Origin: Centroscyllium fabricii
Taxonomy: Eukaryota
DNA: 64,000 nt
Assembly: GCA_051313645.2 (NCBI GenBank)
Contig: JBNRSN020000016.1
Location: 64,790,001-64,854,000, forward strand
Direction: 5' to 3'
Shown here: positions 13,001 through 25,000 of the stretch, one piece after another
Position numbering within the stretch: position 1 is the first letter of the stretch
Layout: the number at the start of each line of letters is the position of its first letter
Notes under the pieces: generated by a model
What the model saw: the letters and a program-made list of their open reading frames with translations, nothing else
Databases searched by the model: none
Told to the model about the DNA's origin: nothing
Made by a program: the position numbers and the translations under genes

Positions 13001-16000
13001 CAATTCCATGTGCCCTAATTTTGTTCACCAACCTCTTGTGTGGGACCTTATCGAAGGCCTTCTGAAAATCCAAATACACCACATCTACCGGTTCCCCTTT
13101 GTCTACTGCACTAGTTACATCCTCAAAGAACTCCAATAGATTTGTCAAATAGGATTTCCCTTTCATAAATCCATGTTGACTCTGCCCAATCTTACTATTA
13201 GTTTCTAAGTGCCCAGTTATTGCATCCTTTCTAATAGATTCCAGCATTTTCCCAACTACTGATGTGAGGCTAACAGGTCTGTAGTTCCCCGTTTTCTCTC
13301 TCCCTCCTTTCTTAAATAGCGGGGTTACATTTTCTATCCTCCAATCTGCAGGAACCATTCCAGAATCTATAGAATGTTGGAAGATGACAACCAATGTGTC
13401 CACTATCCCTCTTTCAAAACCCTAGGATGTCACTTGTCAATTTAGAGAATAGTATAATGTTGTTAGGGCATAGTACGAAATCAGAATCTAAATTTAAAAA
13501 GTGGCGACTATGACTGAAATTCTTATTTGCAAAGGTTTAGAGACATGCGTGTACATACAGCCTGTTGATGCGAATGCAGGGTTTTTATTAGTGCTTAATA
13601 GCAAAATTTAGCAGAGTTTTGCAACTGCTAAGATTTTATCCCAACATCCACAGCCTTTTGGAGGAGAAAATTCCAGATTTGCACTGGCCTAGCTTTAATT
13701 TTAAGATTATGCCCCCTTATTCTGGATTCCCCACCAGTGGATATTAGCGCTACGGCGCTCACTGCTGACCTTGACGAAAGCTGCTCACTGGGATCTCCTG
13801 ATCTCTTTGGCGAGAAGTTTGCCTTTCTCGACGTGCAATTGATTGTAGCGCAGTGTACAAGAACCCCCAGCAAAAAGCTGCAGCGATGTCAACGAGCTGT
13901 TTAAGCAGCCAATCACATTGAAGAATTCTCAGACAGCAAACTAGGAAATGAAAAGCAGCTTTTATCTGCACTTTTTTTAAATGTTAGAGGCAAAATAAAG
14001 ATGATGGGGATGGGGGGGGGGGGGGGGGGGGGGGGGTAGGGGGTAAAGTAGAAGTTGAAATATCCTGAAACAAAATTTTAAAAGGGCCAATGATGGCTAA
14101 TGCCATAGTTTCTTTGTATCTACCCTAACAAATACCTTTATCATTTTAAACACCTATTAGATCAACCCTCAACCTTCTAAACTCAAGCCACGTTTATGAA
14201 ACCTGTCCTCGTAATTTTACCCTTAATCCTTGGTATAATTCTGGTGAATCTGTGAAGTGCCTCCAAGACCAACATATCTTTCCTGAGGTTCAGTGCCCAA
14301 AACTGAGCTCAGTACTCCAGATGGGGTCTGATCAAAACTCTGTAAACTGAAGCATCAATTCCTTACTTTTGTATTCCAACCCTCTTGAGATAAAGGCCAC
14401 TATTCCATTTAACCTTTGTGATTACTTTTTTTAATTAAGAAAATATTCCAATTTGTCTTTCTCTGATCCAAAACTAGATGATCTCACATTTCCCCACATT
14501 GAACTCCATCTGCCATAGATGCACTTAGTCGATCTATGTACTTTTGTAACTATCTGCTCTCATCTACACAACTTACTGTGTCTCCTAACAGTGTCTTATA
14601 AAACTTGGATATACAACGCTCTGTTCCTTGCTTGGTACCACACTTACCTATCACTCATAGTCAGAGCATCTCCAGCAATGCCTTCCTTCCAGCTGCCACC
14701 ATGTTACTTCTAGAGTGCCACAGTGATCAGCCCCCTCCTCTTCCACATCTGAATGTGTCCCTTGGTAACAGCATCCTAAGACACGGGATCAAGTTCCACA
14801 GGTACACTTATGATACTCGGCTCTACCTCTCTTCCACCTCTCGTCACCCCTCCACTGCCTCTTTGTAGTCAGACAGCTTGTCCAACTGCAATTTCCTCCA
14901 GTTAAACATTGGGAAGACCGAAGCCATCGTCTTCACCTCCCCCTCCACCCGGTCACAATTTCCATACCCTTGCCACCAATTCCATCCGCCTCCGAGGTTG
15001 TGAACCAAGCTGTTTGCAACTTGGGTATCATGTTTGACCCCGAGCTGAGCTATTGACACCGTATCCTCTCCATCTCAAAGTCTGCCTCCTGCATCCTGTA
15101 ACCTCGCCCATCTCTGCCCCGTCACAGCACATCTGCTGCTGAAACCCTTAAGCATACTGTTGTGACCTCCATACTCTTACTATTCCACTGACCTTCTGGC
15201 TAACCTCCCATCCTCTAGCCTCCATCAACTTCAGCTCATCCAAACATCTGCCCATATCCTATCCTGCACCAAGTCCCACTAAGCCATCGCCCATATGCTC
15301 GCTAACCTACATCTCAAATTAAAAATTCTCAACCTCATGTTTAAATCCCATCATCGACTCATCCCTCCCAATTTCTGCAACACTAACTTCTGAGAATGCT
15401 GCATTCCTCCCAGTCAGGCCTCTTGTGTACCCCCACTCCTTTCGCCCTGCCATTGGTGTGTGTGCATACAGCTATCTAGACCTATTCCCTTCCTAATCTT
15501 CTCGGCCTTTCCACCTCCCTCTTCGCCTTAAAGTGCACCTCTTTGGTGAAACTTTTAGTCACCCCATCTAATATCTTCTTTTGTTCGCTATCAATTTTTG
15601 TTGGACCACGCTTCTGTGAAGTGCCTTTGAATGTTTTGCTACGTAAAGGCATTATATAAATGCAAGTACCCTGTATTTTATTTTGCTATTGTGAATTGGT
15701 CCTAGTACAAAGCATAGCTGAGAGATGGGACTGATTCGGCGAATATATTGACTGTTTGGAATTTGGGTCGAGCATCACTCCAATTGCCAGTATATGTACA
15801 GGATGTCCATTTTAAATCCTACTTTTCAGTCCCCTCAGTGGCCTCACTCCTCCCTATCTCTGTAGCCTCCTCCAACCCTAGAACCCTCAGAAATTTCTGT
15901 GCTCCTCCAATTTGGGTCTCTTGCACATCCCTGATTTTAATCACTCCTTGGTGGCCGTGCCTTCAGCTACCTAGGCTCTGGAATTCCCTCCCTAAGTATC

Positions 16001-19000
16001 TCTTTTAATAGCTCCTTAAAACCTACCCTCTGATCAAGCTTTTGGTAACCTGCCTTAACATATCCATATGTAGCTTAGTGTCAAATTTTGTTTGATAATG
16101 CTCCTGTGAAATGCTTTGGGATGTTTTGCTCTGTTAGCGGTGCTATTTAATTGAAATTTGTTATTGTCGAATGCTCCAAAGCCTAGTGACTGTTAACTCC
16201 AGTGAGTATGCAAATAATGTGCTTTCCAGCAACATTGCGATACAACAAGTAACCAACAGATGGCAGCATGGCCCTCCGCAAATAACAATGTTGTCGTGAA
16301 AGAGCAACTTAAGAGATGAACATACCACAGAATATTTTTAAAGTGGAAATGGTGCAATCAACGATAATATCCCAAAAAAATCAGGATGTCCATTTTAAAT
16401 CATTTAAAAAAAAATTTCATGTGTCTCACAAATAGCTAATGCAAATAAGTATTCCCCTCCCCCCACCCATCCCTGTCTTTGGGTCTCTTTTCACTGTTAA
16501 AGGCACTACAGGTCCGACGCCGTTAATCCAGCAGGCCGGAGCTGGACTAGTGAAAAATCCGAACGACTGATCCTTCGGCGAGCGCATGCGCAGACCATTC
16601 AAAATGGCCGCCCCACACGCCGGCGGCCATTGTGAATGGTCTGCGCATGCGCTCGCCGAAGAATCAGTCATTCGGACCAACTCAGTAGGAGTCTGGAAGA
16701 GGCTCAGGCATGCACAGCCAAGTGCGGCAGCCATTTTGCGCATGCGCAGACCAGTCGGGGAGAGGCGGGCATGCGCAGCCAAGCGCAGCGGCCATTTTGC
16801 GCATGCGCAGACCAGTCGGGCAGAGGCCCGGATTCGTGCCAGACGACTGAAGTTTCCGGATTAACGGTGTCCAGATTAACGGTGCCGGACCTGTATTTAA
16901 ATACAAGTTGTTGTTGTATTGGAGATTTGCTCTTCCCACCCTTTTCCCCCGACCCCCAATTGATCTTCCCAACACCTTTTCCCTGACTTTCTTAAGTTAA
17001 TTTGAATCCTGTTTTCCCCTTTCCTCAAGAATATTACACATTATACTTCCCTTTCCTTGTGCATTTATTTTTTGCTCAAACTTTAATTTTGGACTTATCT
17101 ACATTCTCTCGTCTGTAGTTATGACCAAATTGGCATCTAAGTAATTGAAGCCTCCCAGTAGCTCAAAGCTATAAAAGAATCCTGGTAAATAGATCATCAA
17201 TTACTTTGAATCCTCTTGCAGCCCATATATTTTTTTCCTCAGCATTTATGTGTGCATTTGCATTTAGTATCTCTCAATGAAGCTTGGGATTAGTTATTTT
17301 TAGTGTCTATTTTCTGTGCTGTAATGAAAGTGTGACTAATCAATGGATGCTCTTTTCTTGATGGCTTTTGAAGCTCAACTGAATCCCAAACTTGTGCTGA
17401 AACAGTGTTTGTTTTTCTGAAACCTTTTCCATTATGTAGTCTCTTTGGTTTTTCTAATTTTTATTAATATTACATCATTAGTGACTATAGGTAGGACTTA
17501 ATTTAAAAAAATGTGTAACAAGGAACGTGTTGCCATATGAGTTCTTGTTTTTCACAACTTATTGAAAATAAGTTCTAGACATAACTGATGCTTAGAATCC
17601 CAGAATAGAACAGCACAGAAGGAGGCCATTCGGCCCATCGAGTCTGCGCCGGCATTTCGAAGAGCAATCGAGTCAGTCCCACTCCCCCGCTCTTTCCCCA
17701 TACCCCTGCAACTTTTTCCACTTCAAGCATTGATCCAATTGCCTTTTCAAGGCTGCTATTGAATCTGTATCTGTCCCACCACCCTATCTGTCCCACCACC
17801 CTGTGGTAATATTGAACAGACTTCCGGGGGAAGACTAACGGGTGAACTCTGTACATGTCACTTCCTGTTTCCTGTTACTATAAATACTGGAACTGCTCAG
17901 TATGGGGAGAAAGCTTCACCTGGAAGCATGGTAAAACCCGTCTTTCTACATAGTGATAATGTAGTGGATTAAAGCTTTGCTTAAGTTATTGATGTATCAG
18001 ACTCCATTATTACATCACACCCTATCTGTCCCCGCCGCCCTATCTGTCCCCGCCGCCCTATCTGTCCCCGCCGCCCTATCTGTCCCCGCCTTCCAAATCA
18101 AAAACACTCGTTGTATAAAAAGGTTGTTCCTCATGTCGCCTCTGGTTCTTTTGCCAATCATCTTAAATCTGTGCCCTCTCAGCCATCAAAACCCTTCATG
18201 ATTTTAAACACCACTATCAAATCTTCACTTAGCCTTTGCCCCAAGGAGAATATTCCCAGCTTCTCCAGTCTATCCACGTAACTGTAATCCCTCATCCCTG
18301 GAACCATTCTAGTAAATTTCTTCTATACCCTCTCCAAAGCCTTCACGTCTTTCCTGAAGTGTGGTGCCCAGAATTGGACAAAATACTCCAGCAGGGGTCA
18401 AACTAGTGTTTTATATAGGCTTAGCATAACTTTCTGACTTTTGTACTGTATGCCTCTATTTATAAAGCCCAGGATCCCATAAGCTTTATTAACTGCTTTG
18501 TTAACCTGTTCACCTGCAAAGATTTTTGTTTCTAGAGGAATTTTACTTTTTGGAAATTGCATGCTATTTTGATGTACAGAAGACATTTTAGGACATTGCG
18601 ATGCTACATTTTAGGACATTGCGCTGCTGGTGGGGGTACTATATCGTTCCAAAAGCAACTAGTTACCAACTCAAAATAACTGAGTTGTGACCTAGATGTA
18701 TGGCTGAGATGTTCTGTTCATTCCATTTTGCATCTTCTGAACACTGCCAGAAGGCTTTAGATTGAAATATTCATCAAACTATCCTGCAATAAAATGTTTC
18801 CTTCAGAGAGGAGAGGAAGGAGAAATTCTGTTAAGAAATCGGATAGATAATTGTACAAGCTTCCACAACAGATAACCCCCGCCCCCTGTACTTCACCCCT
18901 GATAGTTTGCATCTTGGACAAAGACCTGCCATAAGATGAGCAGAGTTCTGTTAATTGTTCTTGAAAAATCAGTTCTCTAGACGATTTTTTGACCAGGTGA

Positions 19001-22000
19001 CTTGTACACTGAGGGTTTGCTTTCTTGCTCAGGGAAAACCCTCGATAGATGTTTTCTGTAAATGTGGCATCGGGCAAGAGCACAGTCCTAGTCGTTGATG
19101 GGAATCCCCCTCATCACCATCACTACCAACTTGCATGTGTACAGTGCCTTTAACACCTTAAAGGTCCAGATGTTCGAAATGCTGCCTTTCAGGGTAAGCA
19201 GACCATCCCCATATGTGAATACTTAAGTGCTATAGCATTTTTCAGTGCAGGAATTCTGCAACGTCTGAACAGTAATCAGTCCGGTTCATCACCACATAGA
19301 CATCTTTTGTGCTTAATGTTTGCAAAATTTGAAACCCTATGGGCGCCTTGACATATAATCCCTGTTAGATCTTTGCACAACAATGATGTCGAAATCTCAA
19401 AATGCTACCAAGCAACTTGTGAAGTTAACCTCCAGGTCTCTGCTGTTGGAACCTTCAGTCATAACTCCTTCAAGCCGTAATGTTAAATACATTTATTTCT
19501 GCCATCCCTTCTTTATTTTTCACTTGATTGCTTCTAAATGCATCTATTGTAGGTATTGAACAGGATTAGTGAAAATCTAATAAGAGTGGTAAGAACATTT
19601 ATTCACATGGTAAATATGTTTTTCTTTAAAAGCGTACTTGTCATTGTAAATCCTGAGATTTGCACTTTTTGCAACAGGGACTGTAACTCTTTGCTTGTCA
19701 GTTTGGCTCAGCAGGACTTGAGCAAATAATCTATGCTGACACTTCAGTGCTGCATTGTCTAAGGAGCTGTTTTTTTTAATGAAACAGTAATCTGAGGCTC
19801 AAGTCTTGGAGGGGGGTTTGAACCTACAAGCATCTAACTTCGAGTTCTACTAACTGACCCAAGCTGATGAGTAAAGGGCTGCAATTCCTATTGGAGGCCC
19901 TCTGGCTGTTCCAGTGGTTCAGGTGAACGTACAAGATCCCGTGGCACTATTCAAAGAGGAGGCATTTCTCCTGGTGTCCTGGTCGATATGTTTCCTCAAC
20001 CAAAAACAGACTAACTGGTCATTCATCTCATTTGCTGTTTGTGAGACCTTTGCTGTGCACAAATCACTTGCCCACAGTGACTGCACTCCGAAGTATTTCA
20101 TTGGCTGTGAAGGAGTTTTGAATGTCCTGCAGGTGTCACAAGGCACTATGTATAAATGGAAGTTCTTTTATCTTGGCTAGTTTTTGTTCTTCCTGCCCAC
20201 GTTCTGCTTGATGGTTAGCTGTTTTGGAAAATATCTGAATGACACACAGAAGCACAGCAAGAGTTTATCAGGAGTTTTCAATAATCTTGACACTTTTCAG
20301 CTGCATCTTATTTGGTTCAGATCTGGCATCCACCAACTGTAAAAAGAAAAAAATTAGAAAGGATTAATGAAGGTTTATGAGGTAAATAAATTGTTGGTAT
20401 TCCTGCTTTATTCCCCCTTATCCAATTCATTAGCAAAAGGAAAAATGTAAGACTAAGCACTAATTTGCGGAGAATAGTACAAGTCCTTTTTCTGCAGCTG
20501 AAAATATGCCAATTCATAAATGCCTTCAGGTTTTTGCTTAGCTAGCTTTTGATCCACTTTGCTTCTCTTAATTCCACAAGGCTCTTGTGAGATGTTTGAT
20601 CAGACACTTGTTAAAAGTAGAGTACCATATGTTCACTGTTTCTACTGACTTTGTCATATCCTTGAAAAATTCTTGTAAATAGTAAAGTACAAACTCCTGG
20701 TCAAGTTCATGTTGGTTGTAATTTAATCATATTTATTTCTGTCATGTAATCCTGATTGTCTCGTTGTTGTATGCAGCAGGCCTAGAATTTTAATTTCATG
20801 CCTCTAGTTTTAGCAGCCCCTTTAAGTGTGCTATTTGTTATTTTGGGCTCTCATCTAAATTTGTTTCTTTGTGTTTATTAGGTTGAATTCAATTAGGTCA
20901 GTAGTGATGGACAGCCTAGAAGCTATTAACCATGTAACTTACCTGGATCTGCGAGACAACCTTCTGACTGAACTTGACTTAAGTGTAATTGCAAGTATTG
21001 AACATCTGCATTGTGAACGCAACAATCTGACCACCCTCACGTTAAGTGGTTTCTCTTTAAGGACGTTGCATGCTGGCTCCAATCGTAAGTCAACAGATTT
21101 TTAACTTTTTGGTCACTTTCTACTAATTGGCATTTTCTTATTAGACCTGAACTCATCCTTGCTCTGAATTATTGCACTGTGGATTGCAGGACCTCTGGGT
21201 CAGTGTTTGTGACCCAGATGAGCCATAGATTTGTTGGAACTTTGAGCACCCCACACTGAGATAGCTTAACAAACAAAAGTAACCCCATTTCATTTGTGTT
21301 TAAAAATCCGGTTCTTGTGGACTCCCAAGACATGATGGCACTAGGAGTGAAGATCAGTTGAGGAGTAGTGCCAAGTGACAGCAAAGATCAAGAGAGGCAT
21401 GGGGCGGGAGAAGAGGGTGGTGAAAGAGGAGATGGCTGAAGAAAAGCGAAGAGAGCATTGCAGGGTTTGGAAATTACCAAGAGAAAAAAGTGGAAGTAGG
21501 CGGCTCGAGTCCAGTATGACAGCCGAGTGTGTGTGAATTTATAAGATGTTATTTGGATATGGGCAAAGAGATAGACATCACAAAGTGGGATTGTTGGTGT
21601 AGGGCCTACTGCAAGGTAGCCACGTTGCGCTGTACAGCTTTTCCAATGGACTGATGTGCAGTAAGCAATGCGTGGTATATTTATATTCAACTCGTATTCT
21701 CATTGAGGTTGACTGGAATTTCTATTTAAGATATCCTGTTTTATTAACTGATTTTGGGTGTCTGTTTAGAGTTGACAACACTGAGCATCTATCCACTTCC
21801 TGGTCAACTGGTTCACCTTGATCTCTCGAGGTAGGTGGATATCTATCTGCATGTGCATGTACAGTTAACATGTATAGATATTTCATATACTTCACCGGTA
21901 AATTTAAAACGGTCACAGAAGCCAGTGTATTAGCTAGTTTTACTTATTCTGCAAAGTCTGATCTTTCAAGTAAACATCAGAAGTTTATGATGAAATTATT

Positions 22001-25000
22001 TTGTTTTACCTCTATAGGAACAGGCTTGAATCCGTACCTGACTGGGTCTGTGATGCCAAGAAACTTGAACTGCTGGATGTTGGTCATAACCTGATTACAG
22101 AATTACCGATGAGGTGGGAAAGGATAGTAGATCTCTCCTGATATTGCTTAAGGCATCAACCTTGTATGACCGGTACTGAGCTGATGTTGCTGCTTTTCAA
22201 GCCCTCATTAAGATTCCATAGTTATCTGAAGGATTTCAATTTATCAATTGAAGCAGGCATGGAGACAGAGTACAGGTACACAATCCCTTATCCGCAACTC
22301 CAAAAGCCGAAAAGCTCCAACAAACGAAGTATTTCTTCAATTTATTTAAGAAAAAAATGATTTAAGCTGCAGCAGAAAAAACACATTCCTACCCCGATCT
22401 CGTGCTGTTGATGCCGTGCTGAGGAAAAAAACGGCCGGTCTCCCCCTGCAAGCGGCCGGTCTCCCCCTGCAAGCGGCCGGTCTCCCCCTGCAAGCGGCCA
22501 GTCTCCCCCTGCAAGCGGCCGGTCTCCCGTTCCCCGACCGCGAGCTGGGCCGCAAACACGGAAATGCGCATGCACAAGCGATCTGCGCATGAGCACTGGG
22601 GCCAACTCTAAAAACTGTATTTATCCGAAACCCGCTGGTCCCGAGGTTTTCAGATAAAAAGGGTTGTGTACCTGTATTTGGGGCAGGCTTTAGTCCTGCA
22701 AAGCTGAGGTCTGACTGGTTTCTCTGATGTTGCTTGTGGAGCATTTTGTGTCCATTTACCACCGTTGATAACAATGTTAACCTTGATTTCAAACAGTTGT
22801 AGGGCTTGAGCTCATAATCTAGGCTGACAAATGCAGTAATGGGGAAGTTCTGCCTTGTTGGAGATGCTGTCCAAGGTCCTGTCTCCCATTAAAGGGGTCT
22901 CAGAATTCTTAACAGCAAAAACTTCTATGGTGTCCTGGCCAAAATGTCTTCCTCAACCAATGCCACTAAATTACTGATAATTGGGTTATTCGTCTCATTA
23001 CCACAAGTAAGATGTTTTGGTGTAGAATGACTTCAAGTCCCTGTACTTCAAAAATTATCCATTGAATGAAGCACTTAAAGAAATTTCAACATGACAGGGC
23101 ACTAAAGTAAATTGTTATTGTGGATAATGAATATATGCATGTCCGCAGGTTCCTGCTACATAGGCTGTATCAAGAGGTTTGGGAGCTCTTAGCTGTTTGT
23201 CATTCTCTTGTGTTAATGTTATCCTTTTTTCTTTCTCTCTCGATTTCTCTGTTGCTCTTGCTGTTTCTCTGTTGCTCTCTTCCTGTATCTCTTCCGGGAC
23301 ACCTCTGCGTGGAGTTTGCATGCTCTCCCCGTGTTCGTGTGGGTTTCCTCCGGGTACTCCGGTTTCCTCCCACTACCCAAAGACATGCAGGTTAGGTAAA
23401 TTGGAGATACTAAAAAATATAAATAAATTGCCCATGAGTATGTGTGTGAGATATAGTTCTTAGAGTTGGGGGTAGGAGGGGGGGTGCTGGGTTTGGATCA
23501 GCCATGATCTCAAAAAATGGTGGAGCAGGCTCAAAGGGCCGAATGGCCTACCCCTGCTCCTATTTTCTGTATGTTTCTGTATAACCTCCTTTCTCTTTCT
23601 ATCTGTTACTTTTTGGTCTCTGTTGCTGTCCCTCTTTATCTTTCTCTCCAAGTGCAGGTGGGAGCAAGTGGGAGATCAGAGAGGAAGGAGATCTTGCATT
23701 TATATAGCACCTTTCATGACCTCGGGATGTCCTAAAGCGCCAAACAGCAAATGAAGTACTTTTAAAGTGTAGTCACTGTTGTAATGTAGGAGTGTGGCAG
23801 CCAATTTGCACACCGCGAACTCTCCCAAATATCGCTGAAATAAATGACCAGATCATCAGTTTTTTGATGTCGGTTGAGGGATAAATATTGGCCAGGATTC
23901 CTATAGAACTCTGCTGCACTTCATTGAATAGTGCCATGGGATCCTTTACGTCCACCTGAAAGGACCAACGGGACCTCGGTTTAAAGTCTCATCTGATAGA
24001 TGGCATCACCGACAGTGCAGCATTCCCTCAGTATTACGCTGAAGTGCCAGCCAAGATTATGTGCCCAAGTCTGGTGTGGGGCTTGAAGCAATGATCATCT
24101 GACTTGGAGGCGAAAGTGCTACCACTGTGCCAAGGCTGACACCTTTGGATTTCTCGAACCCAGAGGTACGAATTTAGTCCCCAATACGCCAACATCTTCA
24201 TGCATAAGTTTGAGCAAGATTTCTTCGCTGCACAGGACCTCCAACCAACGCTATACACCAGATACATCAACAACATTTTCCTCCTATGGACCCATGGTGA
24301 AGAATCACTGAAAAAACTACACGATAACATCAACAAGTTCCATCCCACCATCAAACTTACCATGGTCTACTCCTCAGAATCGGTTTCATTCTTGGACACA
24401 CGAATCTCCATCAAAGATGGACACCTCAGCACTTCACTCTACCACAAGCCCACGGACAACCTCACAATGCTCCAGTTTCCACCCTAACCACGTTAAAGAA
24501 GCCATCCCCTATGGACAAGCCCTGCGAATACACAGGATCTGCTCAGACGAGGAGGAACGCGATGGAAACCTACAGATGCTGAAAGATGCCTTCGTAAGAA
24601 CGGGATATGACACTCGACTCGTCGATCGACAGTTTCGACGGGCCAAGGCGAAAAATCGCATAGACCTCCTCAGAAGACAAACACGGGACACAACCAACAG
24701 AGTACCCTTCGTCATCCAGTACTTCCCCGGAGCGGAGAAACTACGCCATATTCTTCGCAGCCTTCAACATGTCATCGATGACGACAAACACCTCGCTAAG
24801 GCCATTCCCACGCCTCCACTACTCGCCTTCAAACAGCCGCCTAACCTCAAACAGACCATCGTTCGCAGCAAATTATCCAGCTTTCAGGAGAACAGCGACC
24901 ACGACACCACACAACCCTGCCACAACAACCTGTGCAAGACATGCCAGATCATCAACACAGATACCATCACACGAGGACACCACCCACCAGGTACATGGTA

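Larger units (their letters stand above)
17595..18510 (-). mobile_element. CR1 3' fragment interrupted by a minisatellite and a solo LTR
   Basis: [17 protein letters not shown]...LYKTLV on minus strand; tail agaatagaacagcacagaaggaggccattcggccc. Confidence 0.85.

Noticed and set aside
17977-18201. ORF with ALSVPA repeats
   Set aside because: Translation of an 18-bp minisatellite inside a CR1 remnant.
22342-22792. Repetitive ORFs (GETGRLQ / RPAACRG) or a CRISPR-like array
   Set aside because: Head-to-tail 21-bp repeat without spacers inside a MITE, in a eukaryotic context with no cas genes.
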